A stretch of DNA of 32,000 nucleotides, taken from assembly GCA_004284765.1 (NCBI GenBank), contig NQJD01000003.1:30001-62000 (forward strand), written 5' to 3'. Positions 8,801 through 17,452 of this stretch are shown here, one piece after another; the first letter of the stretch is position 1; each line of letters opens with the position of its first letter. Both the position numbers and the translations under genes were made by a program. The notes under the pieces were generated by a model. That model was given only the letters and a program-made list of their open reading frames with translations. It was not told the DNA's origin and did no database searches. This stretch comes from Candidatus Electronema aureum (lineage in GTDB: Bacteria; Desulfobacterota; Desulfobulbia; Desulfobulbales; Desulfobulbaceae).

Positions 8801-9019
8801 TACCGATACCGATTTGTTATACCGGTTTTGCATTCAAGGTACCTTTCTACCAAACGTAGCAGCAAGATACATGGGTAAAAAATATCCATTACAGTTTTGT
8901 AAACTGAGAAAAAAGTATCCACTACCGAAAAGCCTATAATAAAAACCTCTTCTTCAAGAGAAACACCTCACCGAAAGTACCGGTTAAAATTGGCGTTTAT
9001 GAATCATATCGTTTCGGTA
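8801..9019. promoter_or_regulatory. cluster of TACCGA/TACCGG motifs (candidate upstream activator sites)
   Basis: The hexamer occurs at 8801, 8807 and 8820 (TACCGG), 8923, 8969 (CACCGA) and 8978 (TACCGG), and inverted at 9014-9019. All copies lie in the AT-rich gap upstream of the sigma-54-like promoter. Confidence 0.3.
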
Positions 9020-9027
9020 CAGTGAAT

Positions 9028-9043
9028 TGGCATGGCATTTGCT
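9028..9043 (+). promoter_or_regulatory. sigma-54 (-24/-12) type promoter
   Basis: TGGCATGGCATTTGCT matches TGGCAC-N5-TTGCW, with GG at 9029-9030 and GC at 9041-9042 (12-nt offset). It lies about 65 nt upstream of ATG 9109. Confidence 0.5.
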
Positions 9044-9108
9044 TGCACCACAATGGAGGATATTTCAATCCTGTAGAAGCGGTCCTTTCCTCAACAAAGG
9101 AGCTGTGA

Positions 9109-9234
9109 ATGGGTGCAGAGTGCAGTGATTGTTCTTGGTTTGTCGTTGTGGCATTTTTTGGCGTAGTGCTGATCGCTGCCCTGACTGTTGTGACAGCGTT
9201 CTGTAAGGCAGAGGACGAGGATAAAAAGGATTGA
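9109..9234 (+). CDS. 41-aa single-TM hydrophobic peptide (hypothetical)
   Basis: Below the ORF-track size cut-off; I translated it by hand as MGAECSDCSWFVVVAFFGVVLIAALTVVTAFCKAEDEDKKD. SD AAGGAG (9097-9102) lies 6 nt before the ATG. A sigma-54-like promoter lies upstream and a strong terminator downstream. Confidence 0.5.
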   Translation: MGAECSDCSWFVVVAFFGVVLIAALTVVTAFCKAEDEDKKD

Positions 9235-9296
9235 GCAGCAAGAACATGCTGCAAGTAGGAAAAACGTAAGATTTTTTCTCGCCGCCGTAAGCATAT

Positions 9297-9340
9297 ATAT
9301 CAAGGGGACTGGCCACAAGGCGGTCCCCTTGATATTTTTT
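9297..9340 (+). terminator. rho-independent terminator
   Basis: ATCAAGGGGAC (9299-9309) / GTCCCCTTGAT (9323-9333), a 13-nt loop, then A + T6 (9334-9340). Confidence 0.75.
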
Positions 9341-9516
9341 CGCGGTGCGGAACTCTGAAATAGCAACAGGCGGCCCTCCTGTGAACCTTGCCCTTGCAAA
9401 GAAAGGCCGTGCAAGGTACATTCAGCGACAAAGACAGTCCTTAATACAATAATCGACCGCTGTTCCGGGCCGACCGGCTGACAGCAGACTGAAAGATTTT
9501 GCACAGGAGATGAGGG

Positions 9517-10269
9517 ATGTTGAATCTGAAGGGGAAAGCAGCATTAGTTACCGGAGGATCGCGCGGCATTGGACGGGCTATTGCCCTGCGGCTGGCGGAG
9601 CATGGCGCTGACATTGTGGTGAATTATGTTCGCCACCGCAGCGATGCTGAGGGGACTGCGGCAGCGGTCGAGCGGCACGGGGTGCGCTGCTTGGTAATCA
9701 AAGCCAATGTAGCAGAAGAAAAAGACGTGCTGGCGATGTTCGAGCAAATTCGCGCCGAGTATCAACGGATAGATATTCTGGTCTCGAATGCGGCTTCCGG
9801 GGTACTAAAACCGGTGATGGAGCTGACCCAGCGGCACTGGGACTGGGCAATGGACATTAATGCGCGAGCCATGCTCACATTGACTCAGCAAGCAGTGCCG
9901 CTGATGGCACCCGGCGGACGAGTACTGGCTATTTCCAGTCTCGGTGCGGTGCGAGCAGTGCCTAATTACACGGTGGTCGGAGCCTCAAAAGCAGCCTTGG
10001 AATCGTTAGTGCGCCATCTGGCAGTGGAACTTGGCCCAAAAGGCATCACAGTCAACACTATCAGCGCAGGCGTTGTTGATACCGATGCCCTCAAAAAATT
10101 TCCCAACCGCGATGAGATCATCCGACAATCTTTAGAGCGCACACCCTTGGGTCGCCTGACCACCCCCGAAGATGTGGCTGATTTGGCACTTTTTCTATGC
10201 AGCGAAGGAGCGGCTATGATTCACGGCCAAGTGCTGGTGGTGGATGGAGGCTATGCGGTACAAGGCTGA
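9517..10269 (+). CDS. fabL: enoyl-[acyl-carrier-protein] reductase, FabL-type SDR
   Basis: TGGSRGIGRAIALRLAE, VVNY, NAASGVLKPVMELTQRHWDWAMDINARA and YTVVGASKAALE closely track B. subtilis FabL as I recall it. SD AGGAGA lies upstream of the ATG. Confidence 0.8.
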   Translation: MLNLKGKAALVTGGSRGIGRAIALRLAEHGADIVVNYVRHRSDAEGTAAAVERHGVRCLVIKANVAEEKDVLAMFEQIRAEYQRIDILVSNAASGVLKPVMELTQRHWDWAMDINARAMLTLTQQAVPLMAPGGRVLAISSLGAVRAVPNYTVVGASKAALESLVRHLAVELGPKGITVNTISAGVVDTDALKKFPNRDEIIRQSLERTPLGRLTTPEDVADLALFLCSEGAAMIHGQVLVVDGGYAVQG

Positions 10270-10295
10270 AATGCTGTGAAGTCTAAATTAAATTA

Positions 10296-10328
10296 TGCCG
10301 ACTGCGGCAGTGGCAGTGGCAGTCGGCA
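10296..10328. terminator. hairpin between convergent fabL and the glycan-cluster genes
   Basis: TGCCGACTGC (10296-10305) / GCAGTCGGCA (10319-10328). The stretch 10306-10323 is GGCAGT x3, spanning the loop and the start of the right arm. Only a weak T-run follows on the plus strand. Confidence 0.45.
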
Positions 10329-10372
10329 GCTGCTTGTTGAATTTTTATGAAATCAAGGTGCAGTCTTTTTCC

Positions 10373-11800
10373 TCAATACGCGCCTTTGCCACTAACCATG
10401 CAGCCGATGGTTTTGATAATGATTTTTAGATCACAAAGTAACGAATGGTTGAGGACATACCAGTCGTCTAACTCCACCCGCTCCTGATAGTTCTCGGTAT
10501 CGCTACGTTTCGTCACCTGCCACGGCCCAGTAATGCCTGGCTTCATCGACACATAGCGGCCTGCGCTCAACTCGCCGCTGCCTTTGTAGTATTCCTCCAG
10601 CTCTCTGCCGACAATAGGCCGTGCGCCAACCACGCTCATTTCACCCTTGAGAACGTTGATAAACTGGGGAAATTCATCTAAGCTGGTGCGGCGGAGAAAG
10701 CGACCCATGCGGGTGATGCGGGGGTCATGCTTCAGCTTGAAATTGTGCTGCCATTCCTCAGCTAAGGCAGAATCGCCAGCCAGCAGCTCATGCAGCTTCT
10801 TGTCCGCATCGATGACCATGGTGCGAAATTTCAAACATTCAAATTCCCGCCCAGTAGCCATAATCCGTCGGTGTTTATAGAAAATTGGGCCTTGGCTATC
10901 GAGCTTGATCAACAGCATGATCAGCAGCATCAGCGGCGCGGTCAGCAGGAGAATGCAAACGGAGAAAACAATGTCAAAAGTTCGTTTCCAGCCGGAATCT
11001 GGGTTGAAACTAAGAACCAAGGTTTCGCCGATGGACTGAATTTCCGCATGATGCAGGCCGAAAATATACAAATCTGGTACGAGATAAAGCTGCGCTCCTA
11101 AGTCACGACATTCCCGTAGTATCCAGAATATTTTGCGTTCGGCCCGCATAGGTAAGGCGATATAAACATAGTCGATATTGTTGGCCATCAGATATTCGCG
11201 TAACTCGCGAATTCTGCCGAGCAAAGGCTTGTTGACCGCAGCGGGGCCATTTTGTTCCAGCCGATCATCGAAAAAGCCAACAACCTCAATGCCTGCCCAA
11301 GGAATAGATTCAGTCTGTTGAGCCATGCGCACGCCCAACTCGCCTGCGCCGACAATGACTGCATGGCGGATATTTTTGCCTTGCGCACGGTAATACCTCA
11401 GGGTTTTGCGTACTGACAAATGCGCGAGAAAAATTAGAAAAGGTGTGGTGAACGACCAGAGTATGAACACCATTCTGGAATAACCTTCAGAGACTTTGAA
11501 GGCAAAGAAATAGAAAAGCATGAAGCCAATTACCGCCGCCCATGCTCTGAGTATAACGAAGAATTCAAGATAGAGCTTCCAACCCCGCCACGAGCGGTAC
11601 AGCTGGAAATACTGAAAGCTGACAAAGCAAACCGCAAAAACAATCAGTTCCAGCCACGTGTAGTAACGACTCCACGGTACCTTATAAAATAGGACTAAGA
11701 GGCCGAGATAGCCGCAGACCAGCGAGCAATCGAGAATGTGCAGAAACTTATAGATGGCGGAAGTGCGCTGGCGCAGATTCCAAGACAGGGCAGGTGACAT
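10373..11800 (-). CDS. polyprenyl-phosphate hexose-1-phosphate transferase (WcaJ/exopolysaccharide priming glycosyltransferase family)
   Basis: N-terminal multi-TM region, central VIVGAGELG Rossmann-like domain, and a C-terminal bacterial sugar transferase domain (FKLKHDPRITRMGRFLRRTSLDEFPQFINVLKGEMSVVGARP..KPGITGPWQV). Confidence 0.85.
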   Translation of the reverse strand: MSPALSWNLRQRTSAIYKFLHILDCSLVCGYLGLLVLFYKVPWSRYYTWLELIVFAVCFVSFQYFQLYRSWRGWKLYLEFFVILRAWAAVIGFMLFYFFAFKVSEGYSRMVFILWSFTTPFLIFLAHLSVRKTLRYYRAQGKNIRHAVIVGAGELGVRMAQQTESIPWAGIEVVGFFDDRLEQNGPAAVNKPLLGRIRELREYLMANNIDYVYIALPMRAERKIFWILRECRDLGAQLYLVPDLYIFGLHHAEIQSIGETLVLSFNPDSGWKRTFDIVFSVCILLLTAPLMLLIMLLIKLDSQGPIFYKHRRIMATGREFECLKFRTMVIDADKKLHELLAGDSALAEEWQHNFKLKHDPRITRMGRFLRRTSLDEFPQFINVLKGEMSVVGARPIVGRELEEYYKGSGELSAGRYVSMKPGITGPWQVTKRSDTENYQERVELDDWYVLNHSLLCDLKIIIKTIGCMVSGKGAY

Positions 11801-11803
11801 AGG

Positions 11804-12739
11804 TTACACTGTCCAGCCTTGCCAGCGAGGATTCATGCTCAATTTTTTTGCCCAGCTGCGGGGCAGTTGTCGGTATCGTTTGCCCATGTTGTAGGCGATG
11901 AATTTGCCCAGATTGCGGAGAAACCATTCTGGCAAGAGATGATATTGCTGTCGTTCCAGCAGTAAAGTCAGTTCGGAAAGCACGTATTTTCTGCCGGTTC
12001 CACCGGGGCCACCGAACTGCATCAGTTGCGCCTGCTGTTCTGTATGAAAAACACCGATGTCGAAATAGCGTTGCACATCCTGCCAGATGGAATAATTGTG
12101 CGAATGTCGGACAACAGCCTCGCTGACATACTGTACATGATAGCCGTTCTCAATCAGTTTTGCCAGAGCCAAGGTATCTTCGCCAAAGAGTAGTTGCTGC
12201 GGAAAATAGCCCTGCGCTGCTAATAGCTCCCGTCGCCAAGCAGCAAACGAATTGGAAATGAAAATAGTTTTGAAACCAAAGACAAGCGCATCCCCACGCC
12301 GACGAAGCTGCGAGTGTTCAGGATAATTGAAGCGACGCAGATGCTCGCTGAAAAGCGTAGCATCTAAGGCCGGAAGCTGCCTACCATACGTCGCGGCGAG
12401 CTGTTTGTTGTCTTGAAAAGGCCGGATGAGGAATTCAAGAGCGTTGTCCGCTGCTGGAATTGCATCTTGAGTCATATAGACCAGAATCTCGCCCGTAGTC
12501 TGCTGCGCGGCCCAAGCTCTGGTGCCACCGTGATCAAAGTCGTGCTGCTTGATTTCCAACAGACGAATGCGGGGGTTTTGGCCAATATGCCGCTGGACTA
12601 TGGCAAGCGTGTCATCGGTGGAGCCGGAATCAACCAGCACAATTTCATCGGGCAACACCGTCTGTCGTGCCAGCTGGGTCAGCAGCTCGTTAAGCCATTT
12701 GCCGCCGTTCCAAGTGGGAATAATGAGCGAGATGGTCAT
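11804..12739 (-). CDS. family-2 glycosyltransferase (rhamnosyltransferase-like)
   Basis: SLIIPTWNGGKWL...IVLVDSGSTDDT is a GT-A fold N-terminus. It starts 2 nt after the upstream GT2 stop. Confidence 0.8.
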   Translation of the reverse strand: MTISLIIPTWNGGKWLNELLTQLARQTVLPDEIVLVDSGSTDDTLAIVQRHIGQNPRIRLLEIKQHDFDHGGTRAWAAQQTTGEILVYMTQDAIPAADNALEFLIRPFQDNKQLAATYGRQLPALDATLFSEHLRRFNYPEHSQLRRRGDALVFGFKTIFISNSFAAWRRELLAAQGYFPQQLLFGEDTLALAKLIENGYHVQYVSEAVVRHSHNYSIWQDVQRYFDIGVFHTEQQAQLMQFGGPGGTGRKYVLSELTLLLERQQYHLLPEWFLRNLGKFIAYNMGKRYRQLPRSWAKKLSMNPRWQGWTV

Positions 12740-12740
12740 G

Positions 12741-13562
12741 TTACACTCTCAGCCAGCGAACAGCGGCATATTTCAGCAAGGCCCAAAGGATATACGGCGA
12801 AGGATGCCTGCGATAAAGCAGCACTTCGTTCCTCGCTGCAATCACGCGCAGACGTGCTGGCATAGCCTTGCGGTCGCTCTGCCAGCCTCGGCAATGATGA
12901 ACAAGAATCTCCGGTAAGTAAACGATCTGCCAGCTTTTCTTTCGCAGTCGTAGGCAAAGTTCGATATCCTCTTTGTAGAGGAAAAAGGCTGGGTCAAACA
13001 CGGCCCCAGCAGACAAGGCTGTCTGCTTCAACGTCTTGTTTCGACAGACAAGAAAGGCTCCGCAGATTGCTGGAACATCTTCTCTCGCGCTATGCTGGCT
13101 GTTGTCTATCTGTCCTTGATCACGATCATGCCAGCGGCCATACCACGTTCTGAATACGCCGGTGGAATCAAGCAAGCCAGTGGGTTGACCGTTGTCAGAA
13201 TCAAAGCCCAGTAGCCTGCCACCAATACCGCCGACATTTTGATTTTCAACGAGAAAGGCGCAGGCCAGCTCTAAGCTGTTCCGTGCAGGAAAAGCGTCCG
13301 GGTTGAGGAAGAGGACGGCCTCTGCTTCCTGCCGCACCGCCTGCCAGCCGAGGTTGTTGGCCCGGCTGAAGCCGATATTCTCTTGCAAAGAAACCGTGAA
13401 GTTGGCACGGCTACGATACGGCTGCAAATAGCTTGTGTCCTCTGAGCCGGAATCAACTAAGGCAATGGCATCTGGCGGCACAGTCTGCTGTTCCAGTGCG
13501 GCGATGCAGCGGCCCAGCACTGCTTGGGAATTGTGGGTGACAATAATAACAACGATCTTCAT
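12741..13562 (-). CDS. family-2 glycosyltransferase
   Basis: MKIVVIIVTHNSQAVLGRCIAALEQQTVPPDAIALVDSGSEDTS. The ORF track extends to 13616, but ATG 13562 gives a canonical GT2 N-terminus. Confidence 0.8.
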   Translation of the reverse strand: MKIVVIIVTHNSQAVLGRCIAALEQQTVPPDAIALVDSGSEDTSYLQPYRSRANFTVSLQENIGFSRANNLGWQAVRQEAEAVLFLNPDAFPARNSLELACAFLVENQNVGGIGGRLLGFDSDNGQPTGLLDSTGVFRTWYGRWHDRDQGQIDNSQHSAREDVPAICGAFLVCRNKTLKQTALSAGAVFDPAFFLYKEDIELCLRLRKKSWQIVYLPEILVHHCRGWQSDRKAMPARLRVIAARNEVLLYRRHPSPYILWALLKYAAVRWLRV

Positions 13563-13634
13563 GCTTGCCTGAGCAGCGAAAATCTGGCAGAATCGTGTTG
13601 CAGCACCATCGTTCACTTCCCTCCTGAGACCGCT

Positions 13635-14729
13635 ATGCAGATCGAACGCAAAACCCTTCCGAGCGTCCAGCCGAAATCCTTTACGGCGGTTTTCTTGCTG
13701 TCCATCTTGCTGCTGGGTTTGGTGCTGTCACCCTTCTGGCAACTCCTGATTCTCGCCTTTCTGCTCTCCGGCATCTTCCGTCCGGTCTACAGCTGGCTGC
13801 GCCGCTGGGTCTCGCCGTGGATGGCCTCTGCCCTGACCTGCGCCTTAGTCGCCTTGATCATCTTTGTGCCGCTGACCTTCTGCATCACCGCCCTGTCCTC
13901 AGAGGCCTTGAGTATATATCAATTAGGCCGCGACAGCAACCTGCTCCTGAAGATACAGCAGGCCATTCAGAACAGCACATGGATTGCGGAAGCGCAGAAG
14001 ATGCTGCTGGACATGGGCATCAACTTCCAGCCCGCAGACCTGACCAACCTGCTGGCTGATCTGAGCAAGAACGCCGGGCTGTTCATCTACGGCAAGGCAT
14101 CGGCATGGGCGGCCAACATCATGAGCTTCGTGGCCCAGTTCGCCTTTCTCATCCTGATCATCTACTTCCTGCTGATGGAGATGGATGCGCTGCTCCGTTT
14201 CCTTATCCGGCTCTCGCCGCTCACGGACGAGCAGAACACGCTCCTCCTCAGTAAGTTCCAAGAGATAGCTGGTGTGATCCTAATCGGCAACGGCATCAGC
14301 GGCGCGATTCAGGGCGTTGCGGGCGGCGTGCTCTTCGCCCTGCTGGATATCGGCTCGCCGGTGCTCTGGGGCGGGGTGATGGGCATTCTCGCCTTCCTGC
14401 CCATCGTCGGCATCGGCACCGTGCTGGTGCCTGCCTCAGTGCTGATGCTGATAAACGGCACTCCGGGCAACGCGACGATCATCTTCATGTTTTATGCGAC
14501 CGTCGCCTTGCTGGTGGAATACCTGTTCAAGACCAAGTTTGTTGGCAGCCAAGTCAAGATGCACACCTTGCTGGTGCTGCTGGCTGTCCTCGGCGGCATG
14601 GCCGTCTTCGGCGTGCTGGGCATCATCTACGGCCCGCTGATCGTCACTGCTTTCCTCACGCTGACCGAGATTTACTTCCGGGAATACAAGCCGCTGCCTG
14701 ATGATGAACTTAGGCAAGAGCTTGCCTGA
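13635..14729 (+). CDS. AI-2E (PerM/UPF0118) family transporter
   Basis: Polytopic membrane protein of about 365 aa with the family-typical layout (the [23 protein letters not shown] loop and the GIGTVLVPA region). ATG 13635 lies within ORF track 13524..14729. Confidence 0.75.
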   Translation: MQIERKTLPSVQPKSFTAVFLLSILLLGLVLSPFWQLLILAFLLSGIFRPVYSWLRRWVSPWMASALTCALVALIIFVPLTFCITALSSEALSIYQLGRDSNLLLKIQQAIQNSTWIAEAQKMLLDMGINFQPADLTNLLADLSKNAGLFIYGKASAWAANIMSFVAQFAFLILIIYFLLMEMDALLRFLIRLSPLTDEQNTLLLSKFQEIAGVILIGNGISGAIQGVAGGVLFALLDIGSPVLWGGVMGILAFLPIVGIGTVLVPASVLMLINGTPGNATIIFMFYATVALLVEYLFKTKFVGSQVKMHTLLVLLAVLGGMAVFGVLGIIYGPLIVTAFLTLTEIYFREYKPLPDDELRQELA

Positions 14730-15933
14730 TCCGCTCCAACGCCTTCACCACATTCTCACGCGAGTTGAAGGCAGACAGCCGGATGTAGCCTTGCCCGCAT
14801 TTGCCAAAGCCTGCGCCCGGCGTGCAGACCACGCCTGCCTTGTTCAGCAGCATGTCAAAGAACTCCCACGAGTCACGCTTGCAGCGTATCCAAACATACG
14901 GCGCATTGGCCGCGCCGATGTAATCAAAGCTCAGCTCCTTGACTGCTGCTGCGATCAGGTCGGCATTCTCCAAATAGCCGCTGATCAAAGCCTTGCACTG
15001 CGCCTTGCCCTCGTCTGAATAGACCGCCTCAGCTGCCCGCTGCACGGGATAAGACACGCCGTTGAACTTGGTGCAGTGGCGACGGTTCCAGAGTGGATGA
15101 ATGAACTGCTTATTGCCCGCGCTGTCGTAGGCGGCGCATTCCTTGGGAATTACGGTGTAGGCGCAGCGGGTGCCGGTGAAGCCTGCGCTCTTGGAGTAGG
15201 AGCGGAACTCGATGGCCACTTCCCGCGCCCCTTCAATCTCATAGATCGAATGCGGCAGAGACTCATCCCGGATGAATGCCTCGTAGGCCGCGTCAAAAAG
15301 AATCAACGCCTTGTTCGCCTTGGCGTAGTCCACCCACGTTTTCAGCTCTGCCTTGCTGATGGTTGAACCAGTGGGATTGTTGGGAAAGCAGAGATAGATC
15401 AGATCGACTGGCTCGTTGGGTAGCTTAGGCACATAGTTGTTCTCCGCTGTGGAATCAAGATAGACCAGCCCTTGATAACGGCCATCGGCAAACGCACCCG
15501 TGCGCCCGGCCATGACGTTGGTGTCTAAGTAAACCGGATACACGGGATCAGGAATCGCTACCCGCGCCTCGCTGCTGAACAGTTCTTGGATATTGCCGGT
15601 GTCGCACTTCGCCCCGTCAGAGATGAATATCTCGTCCGCGCTGATCTCTGCGCCGCGAGCTTGAAAGTCGTGCTGGGCAATGGCTTCACGCAAGAAAGCG
15701 TAGCCTTGCTCCGGGCCGTAGCCACGAAAGCTGCTGTCCACAGCCATCTCATCTACAGCCCGGTGAAAGGCAGCGATACAGGCGGGTGGCAAAGCCTTAG
15801 TCACATCGCCGATGCCAAGGCGAATGATGTTCTTGTCCGGGTGAGCGTGCTGGAAGGCGGCTACCCGCTTGGCGATGTCGGAAAAGAGATACGAAGCCTG
15901 GAGCTTCAGGTAATGCTCGTTGATTTTCAGCAT
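14710..15933 (-). CDS. dapL: LL-diaminopimelate aminotransferase (DapL)
   Basis: [38 protein letters not shown], and [13 protein letters not shown] with the PLP lysine. The length is 407 aa. Confidence 0.9.
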   Translation of the reverse strand: MLKINEHYLKLQASYLFSDIAKRVAAFQHAHPDKNIIRLGIGDVTKALPPACIAAFHRAVDEMAVDSSFRGYGPEQGYAFLREAIAQHDFQARGAEISADEIFISDGAKCDTGNIQELFSSEARVAIPDPVYPVYLDTNVMAGRTGAFADGRYQGLVYLDSTAENNYVPKLPNEPVDLIYLCFPNNPTGSTISKAELKTWVDYAKANKALILFDAAYEAFIRDESLPHSIYEIEGAREVAIEFRSYSKSAGFTGTRCAYTVIPKECAAYDSAGNKQFIHPLWNRRHCTKFNGVSYPVQRAAEAVYSDEGKAQCKALISGYLENADLIAAAVKELSFDYIGAANAPYVWIRCKRDSWEFFDMLLNKAGVVCTPGAGFGKCGQGYIRLSAFNSRENVVKALERIRQALA

Positions 15934-16060
15934 AGTATGTTCTGTTGAGGTACGGGCGTTTTTTATTGACAGGTTGTTCGTTGCAACGTTAAAGAAAGGT
16001 GCTGGATATTACATGATGCAGGCGAAAAGTCAAGCTGCTGAGATTGACCGGAGGGACAAG

Positions 16061-17095
16061 ATGGCTGACGAAGACAAGAAAAAGTCGTTCTGGGAGACGC
16101 TGCCGGGAGTTATTACAGCAGTAGGCGGACTTCTTGTAGGTGTTGCGGCGGTGATTGCCGCGCTGAATGAGGGGGCTACTAAGGAGAATACGCCGAAAGC
16201 AGAGCCTCTGGCAGTGCTGACTGCAAACGATGCTGCGGAGAAACGGGCCGCTGAACTCGAACGGCAACTGGCTGAGTTCGCCTCTGCTAAGGAGCAAGCC
16301 CAACAAGAGGCTGATGCTGCCAAAGCTGAATTGGCACGGGTGAAAGCAGCTTCGGCTCAAGTACAAGCGAAAGCAGAGCTAAAGCAGGGCGATAGTATGA
16401 ACGATGACGCAACCGGCATGAAATTAGCCTATGTGCCGAGTGGCTGCTTTATGATGGGTTCATCCACAGATGATGAAGGTCATGAAAATGATGAAGGCCC
16501 GGTGCATAAGGTCTGCGTGGACAGCTTCTGGATGGGGCAGTATGAAGTCACGCAAGGGCAGTGGGAAAAGGTTATGGGCGCAAATCCATCCGAGTTCAAG
16601 AAGGGTGGCAACTATCCCGTGGAGCGTGTCTCTTGGAACGACGTGCAGGACTTTATCAAGAAACTGAACAGCAGCAGCACTGGCAACAGCTACCGCCTGC
16701 CCACCGAAGCGGAATGGGAATACGCCTGCCGGGCAAACAGTTCCAGCAGATACTGCGGCGGCAATGATGTGAATGCAGTCGCGTGGCACGGTGAAAGCAT
16801 CAGCGATGGCAGCACTCATCCGGTTGGCGGGAAGCAGGCGAACGGCTTCGGCCTGTATGACATGAGCGGCAATGTCTGGGAGTGGTGCGCTGACCAGTAC
16901 GACAGCGGCTATTATGCCTCCAGTCCGCAGAGCAACCCTGTCGGCTCTGAATCCGAATCGTACCGCGTACTTCGCGGCGGCGGCTGGGGCAGTATGCCCA
17001 GGGACGTGCGTGCAGCGAACCGTTGCGGACCCACGCATAGCATCTACGGCAGCGGCGTAGGCTTCCGCCTTGTTCTACCCGTTAAGGCACTGTAG
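16061..17095 (+). CDS. membrane-anchored coiled-coil protein with a formylglycine-generating-enzyme (SUMF1/EgtB/PvdO) domain
   Basis: TM helix WETLPGVITAVGGLLVGVAAVIAAL, then an Ala/Glu/Gln coiled coil. FGE domain motifs: FWMGQYEVTQGQW, VERVSWNDVQDF, YRLPTEAEWEYACRA, GNVWEWCAD, RVLRGGGW, GFRLV. SD GGAGGG lies 5 nt before ATG 16061 (ORF track starts at 15920). Confidence 0.85.
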   Translation: MADEDKKKSFWETLPGVITAVGGLLVGVAAVIAALNEGATKENTPKAEPLAVLTANDAAEKRAAELERQLAEFASAKEQAQQEADAAKAELARVKAASAQVQAKAELKQGDSMNDDATGMKLAYVPSGCFMMGSSTDDEGHENDEGPVHKVCVDSFWMGQYEVTQGQWEKVMGANPSEFKKGGNYPVERVSWNDVQDFIKKLNSSSTGNSYRLPTEAEWEYACRANSSSRYCGGNDVNAVAWHGESISDGSTHPVGGKQANGFGLYDMSGNVWEWCADQYDSGYYASSPQSNPVGSESESYRVLRGGGWGSMPRDVRAANRCGPTHSIYGSGVGFRLVLPVKAL

Positions 17096-17134
17096 GGGCA
17101 CCTGCCCTTGTTCAATCTACGTGTCTGCCCCGCC
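17091..17134 (+). repeat. GC-rich hairpin repeat, degenerate unit A
   Basis: TGTAGGGGCACCTGCCCTTGTTCAATCTACGTGTCTGCCCCGCC. It shares CTGTAGGGGCA..TGCCCTTGTT and GTGTCTGCCCC with the units at 17453 and 27939. Confidence 0.6.
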
Positions 17135-17419
17135 TTCTGCGAGCGAGGCGAAGTATTCGCGGATGGCTTCGATACCTTGTTTGGCAAGCTCATAAGGAGG
17201 AGAGGTAAGGGGGTTATCGTCAAGCCAAAGCTCTTCTAACTTGGTGAGCTGGACAATCTCTGGCGGCAGGCTGGTAAGCTGGTTGTCGCCAAGCGTCAGG
17301 TTCGTAAGCTGAAAGAGTTCGGGCGGCAAGCTGGTTAATCCTAGCCTCCAGAACTCAAGCTCCGTTGCCCCTGTCTCCGCAGCCTCTTTAATTAGCTGCA
17401 ACGCTTCTTCTTTGCTCAT
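17117..17419 (-). CDS. 100-aa leucine-rich-repeat protein, probably a truncated remnant of a larger LRR protein
   Basis: [85 protein letters not shown] lies 7 nt before ATG 17419. The last codons and the stop lie inside repeat unit A. Confidence 0.55.
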   Translation of the reverse strand: MSKEEALQLIKEAAETGATELEFWRLGLTSLPPELFQLTNLTLGDNQLTSLPPEIVQLTKLEELWLDDNPLTSPPYELAKQGIEAIREYFASLAEGGADT

Positions 17420-17452
17420 CGCCTGTTCCTCCGTGGGTGTTTTTGCCGTAAA

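Noticed and set aside
8997-9504. 85-, 118- and 137-aa minus-strand ORFs in the sanA-fabL gap
   Set aside because: They overlap each other and run antisense through the plus-strand terminator and the SD-led peptide ORF. They have no SD and a junk-like composition.
12858-12872. TGGCATAGCCTTGCG as a second sigma-54 promoter
   Set aside because: The spacing is N4 rather than N5 between the TGGCAT and TTGC elements. It also lies inside a GT2 coding region on the antisense strand.
15966-15994. TTGACA-17-TTAAAG as the promoter for the FGE gene
   Set aside because: The -35 element is perfect, but the -10 matches only 3 of 6 positions. This is too weak to list as a feature.
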